A stretch of DNA of 64,000 bases. Origin: Candidatus Rokubacteria bacterium RIFCSPLOWO2_02_FULL_73_56. GTDB taxonomy: Bacteria > Methylomirabilota > Methylomirabilia > Rokubacteriales > CSP1-6. Below are positions 11,681-20,727 of the stretch, in pieces. The notes beneath the pieces were generated by a model that was not told the DNA's origin, did not search any database, and saw only the letters and a program-made list of their open reading frames with translations. The translations under genes and the position numbers were made by a program. The stretch's first letter is position 1. Every line of letters begins with the position of its first letter. The stretch spans positions 27,756 through 91,755 of the forward strand of contig MGCF01000053.1 of NCBI GenBank assembly GCA_001788495.1, in the 5' to 3' direction.

Positions 11681-12898
11681 TCACCGCGCGGCCCCGAGCC
11701 GGTCGAGGACGACGCGCCCGCCGGCCAGGACCAGGCGCACGTCGGCCAGCGCGCCGATCTGCTCGCCCGGGGTGCCGGCGACGGCGACGAGGTCGGCGGC
11801 GAGCCCCGGCGCGATCCGCCCGATCTCGGCCTCGAGCCCGAGCACCCGCGCCGCCACCGACGTCGCGGCGCTGATCGCGGCCAGCGGCGCCATCCCCGCC
11901 TTCACCATCAGCGCGAGCTCGGGCACGATCGAGCCGTGCGGGTTGAGCGGCGTGCCCGCGTCGGTGCCGGCGGCCACGGGGACGCCGAGCCGGAGCGCGA
12001 GCTGGAAGCTCTCCACGTGGCGCCCGCGCACCGCCTCGGACTTGCGCACCGCGAACTCGGGGATGCCCGCGGCGATCCCGCCGGCGATGATCGCCTCCGG
12101 GGCCACGAGCGTGGGGACCAGCGCGATGCCCTCGCGCGCCATCTTGCTGGCGATCGCCTCGGTGAGGAAGATCCCGTGCTCGATCGTCGTGATGCCGGCG
12201 TCCACGCACGCGGCGATCCCCGCCTCCGCCTGCGCGTGCGCCGCGGTCCGGCGCCCCGCCTTCTTCGCCTCCTCGATCGCCGCGCGGATCTCCTCCGGCG
12301 TGAGCTGCGGCGAGCCCGGCTCCACGCCCGGCGTCATCACGCCGCCGGTGGCGAAGAGCTTGATGACGTCGGCGCCGGCCTTGAGCTGCTCGCGCACCGC
12401 GCGCCGCACGTCGTCGGGTCCGTCGGCCTCGCGGCCGAAGCGCCAGCCGTGCCCGCCGGTCATGCAGACACCGCGCGCCGCGGCGAGCACGCGCGGCCCC
12501 GGGATCAGGCCGGCGCGGACGGCGTCCCGGACGGCCAGCGCGACGCCGTCGCGCCCGCCGAGGTCGCGGACGGTCGTGACGCCCGCCTCGACGGTCTGCC
12601 GCGCCCGGACCACCGCCTTGATCGCGGTGGTCGCCGGCGCGTCCTCGGCGAGCGCGCGCACCGGGTCCGCCTCGGCGCCGAGGCAGAGGTGGACGTGGCA
12701 GTTGATCAGCCCCGGCAGCAGCGTGAGCCCGTCGAGGCGCAGGACCGTCGCCCCCGCGGGGTGCCGGCCCTCGGGGATCACCGCGCCGATCCGGCCGCCC
12801 TCGACGACGACGGCGCGCTCGGTCACGGCCCGGGCGCCGGTGCCGTAGATCAGCCGCGCGCCGCTCAGGATCAGCCGCTCCGGGGTGGCGTCCGTCAT
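11681..12898 (-). CDS. amidohydrolase family protein (metal-dependent, imidazolonepropionase/prolidase-like fold)
   Basis: 405 aa from MTDATPERLILSGARLIYG. GLINCHVHLCLG (HxH metal site) and later H/D ligands are present. The ATG overlaps the phnE stop (ATGA). Confidence 0.8.
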   Translation of the reverse strand: MTDATPERLILSGARLIYGTGARAVTERAVVVEGGRIGAVIPEGRHPAGATVLRLDGLTLLPGLINCHVHLCLGAEADPVRALAEDAPATTAIKAVVRARQTVEAGVTTVRDLGGRDGVALAVRDAVRAGLIPGPRVLAAARGVCMTGGHGWRFGREADGPDDVRRAVREQLKAGADVIKLFATGGVMTPGVEPGSPQLTPEEIRAAIEEAKKAGRRTAAHAQAEAGIAACVDAGITTIEHGIFLTEAIASKMAREGIALVPTLVAPEAIIAGGIAAGIPEFAVRKSEAVRGRHVESFQLALRLGVPVAAGTDAGTPLNPHGSIVPELALMVKAGMAPLAAISAATSVAARVLGLEAEIGRIAPGLAADLVAVAGTPGEQIGALADVRLVLAGGRVVLDRLGAAR

Positions 12899-13710
12899 AT
12901 GATCGCGTGGCGCACCCGCGCCGAGACCCACTCGCTCACGATGACGGTCGCGAGGACGAGGAGGAAGATCATCGTCACCTGCGGCCAGGCGAGCACGTTG
13001 ACCGACGCCTGCAGCTCGAGCCCGATCCCGCCCGCGCCGACGAGCCCGAGCACGGTGGACTCGCGGATGTTGATGTCCCAGCGGAAGACGGAGATGCCGG
13101 CGAAGGCGGGCAGCACCTGCGGCACGATGCCGTAGCTCACCACCTGCCCCCGCCCGGCGCCGGTGGCCGTGACCGCCTCGACGGGCGCCCGGTCGATCTC
13201 CTCGATGGCCTCGTAGAGCAGCTTCGCGACGAAGCCGATCGAGCGGAGCGCGATCGCGACGATGCCGGCGAGCACGCCCGGGCCGATGACCGACACGAGC
13301 AGGAGCGCCCAGATCAGCGAGTTGATCGAGCGCGACGACACGATGACCAGCAGCGCCGCGGGCCGGATCAGCGTGGCGCTCGGCGTCGTGTTCCGCGCGG
13401 CGAGGAACGCGACGGGCACCGCGGGCACGAGCGCGGCGAGCGTGCCGAGCGTCGCGATGTTGAGCGTGTCCCACAGCGGGCGCCAGAGCCGCGCCGTGTA
13501 CGCCCAGCGCGGCGGGAACATGCGGGAGGCCAGGTCCGCCCCCTGGACGGGCGCGTCCCAGACGAAGGTCCACATCGTGTGGGCGGAGATCGCCTGCCAG
13601 GAGGCGACGACGACCGCCGTGCCCCCGAGCCAGCCGAGCCAGCCGAGGAGCCGGCGCCCGCGCGCGCGGCGCTGCCAGTCCCGGACGCCCGCGACCTCGC
13701 GCACGGGCAT
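12895..13710 (-). CDS. phnE: phosphonate-type ABC transporter permease
   Basis: 271 aa from MPVREVAG. It has a PhnE-like conserved core (SINSLIWALLLVSVIGPG...RWDINIRESTVLGLVGAGGIG). Confidence 0.8.
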   Translation of the reverse strand: MPVREVAGVRDWQRRARGRRLLGWLGWLGGTAVVVASWQAISAHTMWTFVWDAPVQGADLASRMFPPRWAYTARLWRPLWDTLNIATLGTLAALVPAVPVAFLAARNTTPSATLIRPAALLVIVSSRSINSLIWALLLVSVIGPGVLAGIVAIALRSIGFVAKLLYEAIEEIDRAPVEAVTATGAGRGQVVSYGIVPQVLPAFAGISVFRWDINIRESTVLGLVGAGGIGLELQASVNVLAWPQVTMIFLLVLATVIVSEWVSARVRHAII

Positions 13711-14516
13711 CACTGCACCCGGCGCCGGATCAGGCCCGACCCGTACTCGGCCGTCATCACGATCGCGATGATCGTCATCAAGATTGCCGCCGCGGTCGCG
13801 TACTCGTAGCGGTCGAACGCGGTGTTCAGCGTGGCGCCGATGCCGCCGGCCCCGACGATGCCGATCACGGCCGACTCGCGGAAGTTGATGTCGAGCCGGT
13901 AGAGCGAGAGCCCGATGAGGCGCGGCATCACCTGCGGCTGGATGCCGTAGTTGAGGAGCTGGAGCCAGGAGGCGCCCGTCGCGCGCACCGCCTCCGCGGG
14001 CGCCGGGTCCGTGTCCTCGATGTCCTCGGCGAGCAGCTTGGCCAGGAAGCCGACCGTCGCGAAGGACAGCGTCAGCACGCCGGCGAGCGGACCGAAGCCG
14101 AACATCGCCACGAAGAAGATGGCGACGATCACCTCCTGGAGCGTGCGCGAGGCGGCGACGATGCCGCGGCAGGCCAGGTACACGGGCAGGGGCGCGAGGT
14201 TGCGCGCGGCGCCGAGGCCGATCGGGACCGAGATCAGGATGCCGACCGCCGTCGCGGTGACGGTCATGACGAGGCCCTCGAGGATGCCCTCGCTGATCTC
14301 GACCCAGCGGGAGACGAAGTCGGGGCGCGCGAAGCCGACGACGAACGCCCCGCCCCGGTCGAGCCCCTCCCACACCCGGCGCCAGTTCACGCGGAGCGTG
14401 CCGAGCGCGAGCGCCAGGTAGATCGCGGCGCCGAGGGCCAGGCCCCGGCGCAGCCACGCGCTCGCGATCAGCGGCGGCGGCGCCCAGCGGCGCGCGGCCG
14501 CGGCGGCGCCGGTCAC
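13710..14516 (-). CDS. phnE: phosphonate-type ABC transporter permease (second copy)
   Basis: About 268 aa from GTG 14516, which overlaps the phnC stop (GTGA). It is a paralog of the neighbouring permease ([23 protein letters not shown]). Confidence 0.8.
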   Translation of the reverse strand: MTGAAAAARRWAPPPLIASAWLRRGLALGAAIYLALALGTLRVNWRRVWEGLDRGGAFVVGFARPDFVSRWVEISEGILEGLVMTVTATAVGILISVPIGLGAARNLAPLPVYLACRGIVAASRTLQEVIVAIFFVAMFGFGPLAGVLTLSFATVGFLAKLLAEDIEDTDPAPAEAVRATGASWLQLLNYGIQPQVMPRLIGLSLYRLDINFRESAVIGIVGAGGIGATLNTAFDRYEYATAAAILMTIIAIVMTAEYGSGLIRRRVQ

Positions 14517-15340
14517 GTGAGCCCCGCGAGCCGCTGCTCGTCCACCTCCGGCTCCTCCTCCTCCTCCTCGTCCGCGCCGCCGCGCCGCCGGGCCTCGCTC
14601 CAGTCCTCGGCGCCGTAGATCGTCGTGAGGACTTCGGGCGTGAGGCCGTCGGGCGGGCCGTCGTAGACGATCGCGCCCTGCCGCAGGCCGACGACGCGCT
14701 CGACGAACAGACGCGCGAGCGCGACGTCGTGCATGTTGATGATCGCGGCGAGCCCGCGCTCGCGGCACAGCTCGCAGATGAGACGCATGATCTGGCGCGA
14801 GGTCTTGGGATCGAGGCTCGCGGTGGGCTCGTCCACGAGCAGGATCCGCGGGTTCTGCAGGAGCGCCCGCGCGATGCCGACGCGCTGGCGCTGGCCGCCC
14901 GAGAGGGCGTCGGCGCGCTTGTCGCAGGACTCGGCGAGCTCGACGCGGTCGAGCAGCCGGAACGCTTCCTCGACGTCCGCGGGCGGGAAGCGGCGGAACC
15001 AGCTCCGCCAGAACCCGACGTAGCCGAGCCGGCCCGAGAGCACGTTCTCCATCACGCTGAGCCGCTCGACGAGCGCGAACTCCTGGAAGATCATGCCCAT
15101 CCGGCGCCGCGCGCGCCGGAGCGCGGCGGCGCCGAGCGCCGTCAGGTCCTCGCCCTCGAGGCGCACGCGCCCCGCCGTCGGCTCGACGAGGCGGTTCACG
15201 CAGCGGAGCAGCGTGCTCTTGCCGGCGCCCGAGGGGCCGATGAGCGCCATCACCTGCCCGGCGGGCACCTCGAGGTCCACGCCGCGGAGCGCCGCGTCCC
15301 CCGTCGGGTACCGCTTGACCAGCCGCTCGACGCTCAGCAT
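14513..15340 (-). CDS. phnC: phosphonate-type ABC transporter ATP-binding protein
   Basis: 275 aa with Walker [10 protein letters not shown], signature LSGGQRQRV and Walker B ILLVDEP. N-terminal [14 protein letters not shown] is PhnC-like. Confidence 0.9.
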   Translation of the reverse strand: MLSVERLVKRYPTGDAALRGVDLEVPAGQVMALIGPSGAGKSTLLRCVNRLVEPTAGRVRLEGEDLTALGAAALRRARRRMGMIFQEFALVERLSVMENVLSGRLGYVGFWRSWFRRFPPADVEEAFRLLDRVELAESCDKRADALSGGQRQRVGIARALLQNPRILLVDEPTASLDPKTSRQIMRLICELCRERGLAAIINMHDVALARLFVERVVGLRQGAIVYDGPPDGLTPEVLTTIYGAEDWSEARRRGGADEEEEEEPEVDEQRLAGLT

Positions 15341-15362
15341 CCGGGCCGTCGGGCGCCCGCGG

Positions 15363-16346
15363 CTACTTGCACGCGTAACTCACGTTGTTCGCCGCGTCGA
15401 TCTTGCGGATGACCGCCCAGTGCCGCTGGTAGGTGATCGGCACGAACTTGTCTTCCTTCTTGAACTCGGCCTTGAGCTTCGAGCCCTCCCACGGGAACGA
15501 GAAGAACGCCTCCTTCACCTTGGCGGCGAGCTCGGGCTTGAGGTTGTAGACGTGGCCATAGCCGGTGGTGGGGAAGGTCTGCGACTTGTAGATCGAGCGG
15601 AGCTTGCTGGCGTCCACGACCTTGCGCGCGGCCATCCGCACGAGCACGGAGTTCGCGATCGCCGCGGCGTCGTAGTCCTTGTTGACGGCGCCGAGGATCG
15701 AGTTGTCGTGCTTGCCCGAGAACGCCGGCTTGAAGTCGCGCTCGGCGACGAGGCCGAACTCCGCCTTGAGGAGCGCCGAGGGCGCCTTGAAGCCGGAGTT
15801 GGACGTGGGCTGCGTGAACGCGAGCGTCCGGCCCCTGAGGTCGGCCGGCCTGGTGATGCCCGAGTCCACGTGCGTGATGATCTCCATCTCGTACCCGAAG
15901 GAGCCGTCCTTCGCCGCCATCATCGCGAACGGCACCATCCCGGCGCAGTTGACGGCGAGCGGGTTCGAGCCGGTGTTGAACCCCGCGATGTGCAGCCGCC
16001 CGGCGCGCATCGCCTCGATCTGGGCGGCGTTCGACTGCACGGCGAAGAAGACGACCTTCTTGCCCGTCAGCCTGGCCATGTGCTGGATGAACCCGTCCCA
16101 CACCGAGCGGTAGACCTCCGGGTCCTCGACCGGCGTGTAGGCGAAGACGAGCGTCGGCGGGTCCACGAGCCGCTTCGGGTCCGCCGGCGGATCCGCCACG
16201 AGGTCGCCGTCCCGGTCGCAGAACCGCTTGTCGAGCGTGCCCCGCGGGCAGTCCTGCGCCGCCGCCGTCGTCACGCCCGCCGAGAGCGCCGCCCCCACGA
16301 CGACGGCGGCGAGCAGCCGGAAGCTCGGTCGGAACCCTGTGCGCAT
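15363..16346 (-). CDS. phnD: phosphate/phosphite/phosphonate ABC transporter substrate-binding protein
   Basis: 327 aa from [16 protein letters not shown] (signal peptide), with GGAGGA RBS. PhnD/SsuA-fold sequence ([10 protein letters not shown]..., TQPTSNSG). Confidence 0.85.
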   Translation of the reverse strand: MRTGFRPSFRLLAAVVVGAALSAGVTTAAAQDCPRGTLDKRFCDRDGDLVADPPADPKRLVDPPTLVFAYTPVEDPEVYRSVWDGFIQHMARLTGKKVVFFAVQSNAAQIEAMRAGRLHIAGFNTGSNPLAVNCAGMVPFAMMAAKDGSFGYEMEIITHVDSGITRPADLRGRTLAFTQPTSNSGFKAPSALLKAEFGLVAERDFKPAFSGKHDNSILGAVNKDYDAAAIANSVLVRMAARKVVDASKLRSIYKSQTFPTTGYGHVYNLKPELAAKVKEAFFSFPWEGSKLKAEFKKEDKFVPITYQRHWAVIRKIDAANNVSYACK

Positions 16347-16393
16347 GTCGTCCTCCGTTCGCGTGACCTCGAGGGGCCCGCGCCCCGCGCGCG

Positions 16394-18124
16394 TCAGTCG
16401 CCGGTCTCCATCGCGACCGGTGCCGCCGTGGCGGGCGGCCGCGCGCGCGTCAGCGCCACGGGCTCCGTCCACACGGCCGGCGCGCCGTCCCCGGCCCGCA
16501 CGCGCACGCTGTAGAGCGGGCCCGGGTCGGGCGCGCGAAAATCCTGCCGGTAGTGCGCCCCCCGGCTCTCGCGCCGGGTCAGGGCGCTCGTAATGATAAG
16601 GCGGGCGGCGGTCGTCTGGCTGCGGAAATTGAGCCAATCCTGCCACGCGACGTTGAAGGCGGGCCCGCCCTCGACGCCGACCGCCGCGCCGAGCGCCTCC
16701 AGGCGCTCGACCTCGCGCGCGGCGGCGGCCAGGCCCGCGCCGTCGCGCACGAGCCCGGCGCGGTCCCACATCACCTCGCGCAGCTCGCGCCAGAGCGCGT
16801 AGAGGTCGGCGCCGCCGCGCGGGCGGCCGAGCGGCGCCGCGAGCGCGCCCGCCGCGGCCTCGAGCGCCGCCGCCTCCGGCCGCGGCGCCGCGCGCCCCGC
16901 GACGAACTCCGCCATCACGTCGCCCGCGATGCCGCCGAACACCGTCGACTCGGCCACGCCGTTGCCGCCGAGCCGGTTCGCGCCGTGCACGCCGCCGCTG
17001 TCCTCGCCGGCCGCGAAGAGCCCCTCGAGCGCGGTGCGGCACGCGGGATCGACGACGACGCCGCCCATCATGAAGTGCGTGGTCGGCGCCACCTCGACGG
17101 GCGCGCGGGCCAGGTCGCGCCCGAAGTCGCGGCAGCGCTTGACCATCCCGCGGAAGCTCCGCTCGACCAGCTCGGCGCCCAGGTGCGAGACGTCGATCCA
17201 GACGCCCCCGTTCGGCGTCCCGCGCCCCTGGGTGATCTCGGTGAACGAGGCGCGCGCGACGAGGTCGCGCGTCGAGCGCTCCAGGCGCGCGGGGTCGTAG
17301 TGCGCCATGAAGCGCTCGCCCCGCCCGTTCAGCAGCCGCCCGCCGGCGCCCCGCAGGCCCTCCTCGAGGAGCGCGCCGGTCATCAGCGAGCCGGGGACGA
17401 CGAGGCCCGTGGGGTGGAACTGGATCATCTCCATGTCGCGCAGCGGGAGCCCCGCGCGGTACGCGAGCGCGATGCCGTCGGCCGCCTTGTCCGCCGAGCA
17501 CGCGATGACCTTGTACATCGTCGGGCCGCCGCCCGTCGCCAGCAGCGTGGCGCGCGCGCGCACGGCGAGGAACCGGCCCGTGCGGACGTCGAGCACGAGC
17601 GCGCCCGCCGCGCGCCCGTCCGCGTCGCGCGCGAGCTCGACCGCGCGGCACTCCTCGAGGGCGCGGACGTTGCCGCGCACGAGGACCTGCTCCGCGAGTC
17701 GGTTCATGATCTCGATGCCGGTGAGGTCGCCCTTGTGCACCGTGCGGTCGTGCGTCTGGCCGGCGAAGGGCTTCTGGTGGATGCGCCCGTCGGGCCGGCG
17801 GTCGAAGAAGCAGCCGTAGCGCGCCTCGAGCTCGAGCACGCGTCCCGGCGCCTCCCGGACGAGCGTCCACGCGAGCTCCTGGTCGTTGATCCAGCCGCCG
17901 CCCGCGAGCGTGTCGCCGAGGTGCGCCTCGAGCGAGTCGGGCGGGGTCAGCACCGCGTTGTAGCCGCCCTGCACCATGCGCGTGCAGCCGGCGCGGCCCA
18001 GCAGGCCCTTGACGACGACGGTGACGGCCAGCCGGGGCGAGGCGTCGGCGGCGTGGAGCGCCGCGCAGAGGCCGGCGCCGCCGGCGCCGAGGACGAGGAC
18101 GTCGGTCTCGAGGGTCTCGATCAC
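16394..18124 (-). CDS. FAD-dependent oxidoreductase, succinate dehydrogenase/fumarate reductase flavoprotein / L-aspartate oxidase family
   Basis: 576 aa. GTG start directly precedes the FAD dinucleotide fold VLVLGAGGAGLCAAL. The C-terminal RESRGAHYRQDF motif is typical of this family. There is no adjacent Fe-S or membrane partner. Confidence 0.8.
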   Translation of the reverse strand: MIETLETDVLVLGAGGAGLCAALHAADASPRLAVTVVVKGLLGRAGCTRMVQGGYNAVLTPPDSLEAHLGDTLAGGGWINDQELAWTLVREAPGRVLELEARYGCFFDRRPDGRIHQKPFAGQTHDRTVHKGDLTGIEIMNRLAEQVLVRGNVRALEECRAVELARDADGRAAGALVLDVRTGRFLAVRARATLLATGGGPTMYKVIACSADKAADGIALAYRAGLPLRDMEMIQFHPTGLVVPGSLMTGALLEEGLRGAGGRLLNGRGERFMAHYDPARLERSTRDLVARASFTEITQGRGTPNGGVWIDVSHLGAELVERSFRGMVKRCRDFGRDLARAPVEVAPTTHFMMGGVVVDPACRTALEGLFAAGEDSGGVHGANRLGGNGVAESTVFGGIAGDVMAEFVAGRAAPRPEAAALEAAAGALAAPLGRPRGGADLYALWRELREVMWDRAGLVRDGAGLAAAAREVERLEALGAAVGVEGGPAFNVAWQDWLNFRSQTTAARLIITSALTRRESRGAHYRQDFRAPDPGPLYSVRVRAGDGAPAVWTEPVALTRARPPATAAPVAMETGD

Positions 18125-18272
18125 CGGACGAGGAGGGCGGCGGAAAGCGACAGGGCCACTGCGCGTCGCACAGTGGCCCTATCTTACCCCAGCGGCCCGC
18201 GCCCGCCGGACGCCCGGAGCCTCTCGGAGAGCCTCGCGACCCCCCAACCAGGAGCCTGTCGGAGTATCGAGG

Positions 18273-18299
18273 AGCGCCCCGGGTTCCCCGGGGCGCTCC
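18273..18299. terminator. perfect 12-bp GC-rich hairpin (possible terminator/attenuator between lyase and flavoprotein genes)
   Basis: gagcgccccggg-ttc-cccggggcgctc has an exact inverted repeat. It sits in a 285-bp intergenic region with no obvious U-tract. Confidence 0.3.
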
Positions 18300-18320
18300 G
18301 AGCGTTGGGGGGTGTGGGGG

Positions 18321-18410
18321 GCCATCTCGGGGCCCCCCACGCCATCAGGGGGGGCCATCTCGGGGCCCCCCACGCCATCAGGAGGGCCATCTCGGGGCCC
18401 CCCACGCACC
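18321..18410. repeat. tandem direct repeat, ~2.7 copies of a 32-33-bp unit
   Basis: Unit gccatctcggggccccccacgccatcagg(g)gg. Two full copies are followed by a truncated third copy that runs to the lyase stop codon. The unit contains the palindromic core GGGGCCCC. Confidence 0.6.
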
Positions 18411-19381
18411 TAGTGCGCGCGGCGGTCGTCGTAGCCGGCCGACGCCTTGATGCGCTCCTCGGTGCCCGGGATGTAGCGCTTCTCGAGCTCCTGGAACTGC
18501 GCGACGCGCGCCATCACGTGGTGGCTCTCGGTCGGGTGGCCGACCTTCGTCTTCTCGAGCCGCCACTGCGCCTCCTCCTGGTCGCGCACCAGCTCCTCCA
18601 TCGCGTTCCACACCGCGAACGTGCCCGCGTGCGCCGCGAAGATGGTGATGAAGATGTAGCGGTACCCCAGCGCGCCCAGCTCCTTGAACGTCAGCGGGTT
18701 CGGGTCCGCGTGCCAGCGGAACGAGGACGAGTAGTTGAACGCGAGCGGCAGGTCCGGGTGGCTCGCCCGCATCGCGCGGGCGAAGGCGATCGCCGGCTCG
18801 CGCGCGGCGCTCGACAGCTCGCACCACACGAGGTCCACGCCGGCGTCGGCGTACGCGCGCCCGCGCCGGATCGCCTCCTCGAGGCTCCCGCCGACCGCGC
18901 CGTAGGCGTCCGTGCGCGCGATGATCACGAAGTCGGGATCGAGCCGGTTCCGCGTGTCGATCGCGGCCCGGTATTTGCCCACCGCCTCCTCGAGCGGCAC
19001 GATGGTCTTGCCCGCGATGTGGCCGCAGCGCTTCGGGAAGCGCTGGTCCTCCAGGTGGATGCCGGCCACGCCCGTCTTGACGTACTCCTGCACCGTCCGG
19101 ATCGTGGAGAGCGCGTTGCCGTAGCCGTCGTCGGCGTCGGCGATCACGGGGATCGAGACGGCGCTCGCGACCATGTGCGCGATCCGCGTCACCTCGGTCT
19201 GCGTGAGCAAGCCCATGTCCGGCCAGCCGTTGGCCAGCGCCATCGAGTAGCCGCTCAGGTAGATGGACGTGATGCCCACCCGCTCGGCGATCTGCGCGTC
19301 CAGCGGCGAGTAGACACCGCCGGTGAACAGGTACGGCTCGGTCTGCAGCAGCTGGCGGAACCTCTTGCCCTGGCTCTCCAC
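18410..19381 (-). CDS. isocitrate lyase/PEP mutase superfamily protein, C-C lyase type (methylisocitrate-lyase-like)
   Basis: 323 aa. DADDGYG metal-binding loop and the catalytic loop HLEDQRFPKRCGH (K-R-C-G-H) are present. GTG start with AGAGGAGGA RBS. Confidence 0.8.
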   Translation of the reverse strand: MESQGKRFRQLLQTEPYLFTGGVYSPLDAQIAERVGITSIYLSGYSMALANGWPDMGLLTQTEVTRIAHMVASAVSIPVIADADDGYGNALSTIRTVQEYVKTGVAGIHLEDQRFPKRCGHIAGKTIVPLEEAVGKYRAAIDTRNRLDPDFVIIARTDAYGAVGGSLEEAIRRGRAYADAGVDLVWCELSSAAREPAIAFARAMRASHPDLPLAFNYSSSFRWHADPNPLTFKELGALGYRYIFITIFAAHAGTFAVWNAMEELVRDQEEAQWRLEKTKVGHPTESHHVMARVAQFQELEKRYIPGTEERIKASAGYDDRRAH

Positions 19382-19408
19382 GGCTCGGCGTCCTCCTCTG
19401 GGGTCGAT

Positions 19409-19576
19409 CTAGGCGTTGTGCGCCGGCGCGAGCGAGATCGCGCACCAGCGGCAGTAGATCGTGGCATCCAGCTGGATGGCGCAGGACCGGCACCGCACGG
19501 TCCCGCACTCGTGGCAGGGAGTCAGCCGCGTGGACGGCGGCTCGATACGCATCCCGCACTCGCAATTCGTCGGCAT
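19409..19576 (-). CDS. small zinc-ribbon protein (55 aa, 8 Cys)
   Basis: MPTNCECGMRIEPPSTRLTPCHECGTVRCRSCAIQLDATIYCRWCAISLAPAHNA. GGGAGGAGGG RBS 6 nt upstream. It is the first gene of the minus-strand array and divergent from LysR. Confidence 0.5.
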   Translation of the reverse strand: MPTNCECGMRIEPPSTRLTPCHECGTVRCRSCAIQLDATIYCRWCAISLAPAHNA

Positions 19577-19667
19577 CGCGTCCCTCCTCCCGTCCGCCGC
19601 GCGGCGTGACGGCGCGTGTGTTTCCCGCACTGTGCGGCCTGCCGGGGATGCAAAGCAACGTGATTGT

Positions 19668-19686
19668 TCTTATGGGCGAGATAAGA
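19668..19686. promoter_or_regulatory. candidate LysR-type binding site (T-N11-A palindrome) in AT-rich divergent promoter region
   Basis: tcttatgggcgagataaga is a perfect inverted repeat (TCTTAT-N7-ATAAGA). It lies in a ~45-nt AT-rich stretch, unusual for this genome, between the zinc-ribbon gene and lysR. Confidence 0.4.
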
Positions 19687-19690
19687 GATA

Positions 19691-20614
19691 TTGATCAGCG
19701 TGGAGATCCCGCAGATCGAGGCGTTCCTGGCGGTCGGCACCTTCGGCGGCTTCCGCCGGGCCGCGGACGCGCTCCGGATCACGCAGCCCGCGGTCAGCGC
19801 GCGGATCAAGGCGCTCGAGGCGTCGCTCGGCGTGCCGCTCTTCGAGCGCGGGCGCGGCGGCCTCGCGCCCTCGGCCGCGGGCCGCGTCCTCCGGCCCCAC
19901 GCCGAGCAGCTCCTGCGCGCGGTCGCCCTCGCCCGCCAGGCGGTCCACGACCTCCGCCCCGCGAGCGGCGGCGCGCTGCAGATCGCGGCGGTGCTCTCGA
20001 TCTGCACCTACCTCCTGCCCGACGTGCTCCAGCGCTTCCAGGCGGCGCACCCCAGGGTGATGATCACGGTCCGCTCGGGCCACTCCAAGGAAGTCCTCGA
20101 GATGGTGATCCGGGGCGAGGCCGAGCTCGGCCTGGCGCGCTCGCTCCACCACCCCGCGGTCGAGACGGTGAGCCTGCGGGACGATCCGCTGATCCTCGTC
20201 GCGCGGCCCTCGGAGGCCGCCGCACGCGCGCGCCGGGCGCGGCTCGAGGAGATCGCCGACCGCCCGCTGATCTTCTTCGACCGCGGCTCGAGCGACTGGA
20301 CGCTCACGCACGGCCTGTTCCGCCGCGCGGGCCTCGTCCCCAACGTCGCGCTCGAGGTCGAGACGATCGAGACGGCCAAGAAGATGGTCGAGCGCGGCCT
20401 GGGGCTGGCCTTCCTCCCCCACCTGGCGGTGGGGCGCGAGCTGCGGCGCCGCGCCCTCGTCGCGATCGAGATCGTGGACGCCGAGCCGATCAGCCGGAGC
20501 CTCGACGTGATCCACCCGCGCCAGCGACCGCTCAGCGCCGAGGCGCGGGCGCTGCTCGCCGCGCTGCGCTCGGCGCTCTCCGAGGCGGGCGGCCCGCCCC
20601 GGCGCCGCCGTTAG
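19691..20614 (+). CDS. LysR family transcriptional regulator
   Basis: N-terminal HTH (IEAFLAVGTFGGFRRAADALRITQPAVSARIKALE) and C-terminal LysR substrate-binding domain. The start is TTG 19691 or GTG 19700. Confidence 0.85.
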   Translation: MISVEIPQIEAFLAVGTFGGFRRAADALRITQPAVSARIKALEASLGVPLFERGRGGLAPSAAGRVLRPHAEQLLRAVALARQAVHDLRPASGGALQIAAVLSICTYLLPDVLQRFQAAHPRVMITVRSGHSKEVLEMVIRGEAELGLARSLHHPAVETVSLRDDPLILVARPSEAAARARRARLEEIADRPLIFFDRGSSDWTLTHGLFRRAGLVPNVALEVETIETAKKMVERGLGLAFLPHLAVGRELRRRALVAIEIVDAEPISRSLDVIHPRQRPLSAEARALLAALRSALSEAGGPPRRRR

Positions 20615-20622
20615 CCCGCGTC

Positions 20623-20719
20623 ATTCGCGAACGGCGCTGGCACGACCGGGCGGGTGGCGCCAGGGGCGGTCCCCGCCGTGCCGCGCGCTGTGGGCCTCGC
20701 GCGGTGACCGTTCGCGAAT
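20623..20719. terminator. inverted repeat pair between convergent lysR and dinB-like genes (possible bidirectional terminator structure)
   Basis: attcgcgaacgg (20623..20634) and ccgttcgcgaat (20708..20719) are exact reverse complements 73 nt apart. Confidence 0.25.
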
Positions 20720-20727
20720 AGTCCGCG

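Noticed and set aside
11367-12209. 280-aa reading of the ORF containing the small membrane protein
   Set aside because: The N-terminal 196 residues are RG-rich antisense of the amidohydrolase gene. Only the C-terminal 84-aa hydrophobic segment downstream of the amidohydrolase stop is plausible.
18179-18409. ORFs 18179..18409 and 18184..18405 encoding GGPEMAPPDGVGGPEMAP repeats
   Set aside because: They are produced solely by translating the 33-bp tandem DNA repeat. There is no RBS or codon-usage support.
18321-18410. Possible CRISPR array
   Set aside because: These are direct tandem repeats with no intervening unique spacers and no cas genes, so it is not a CRISPR array.
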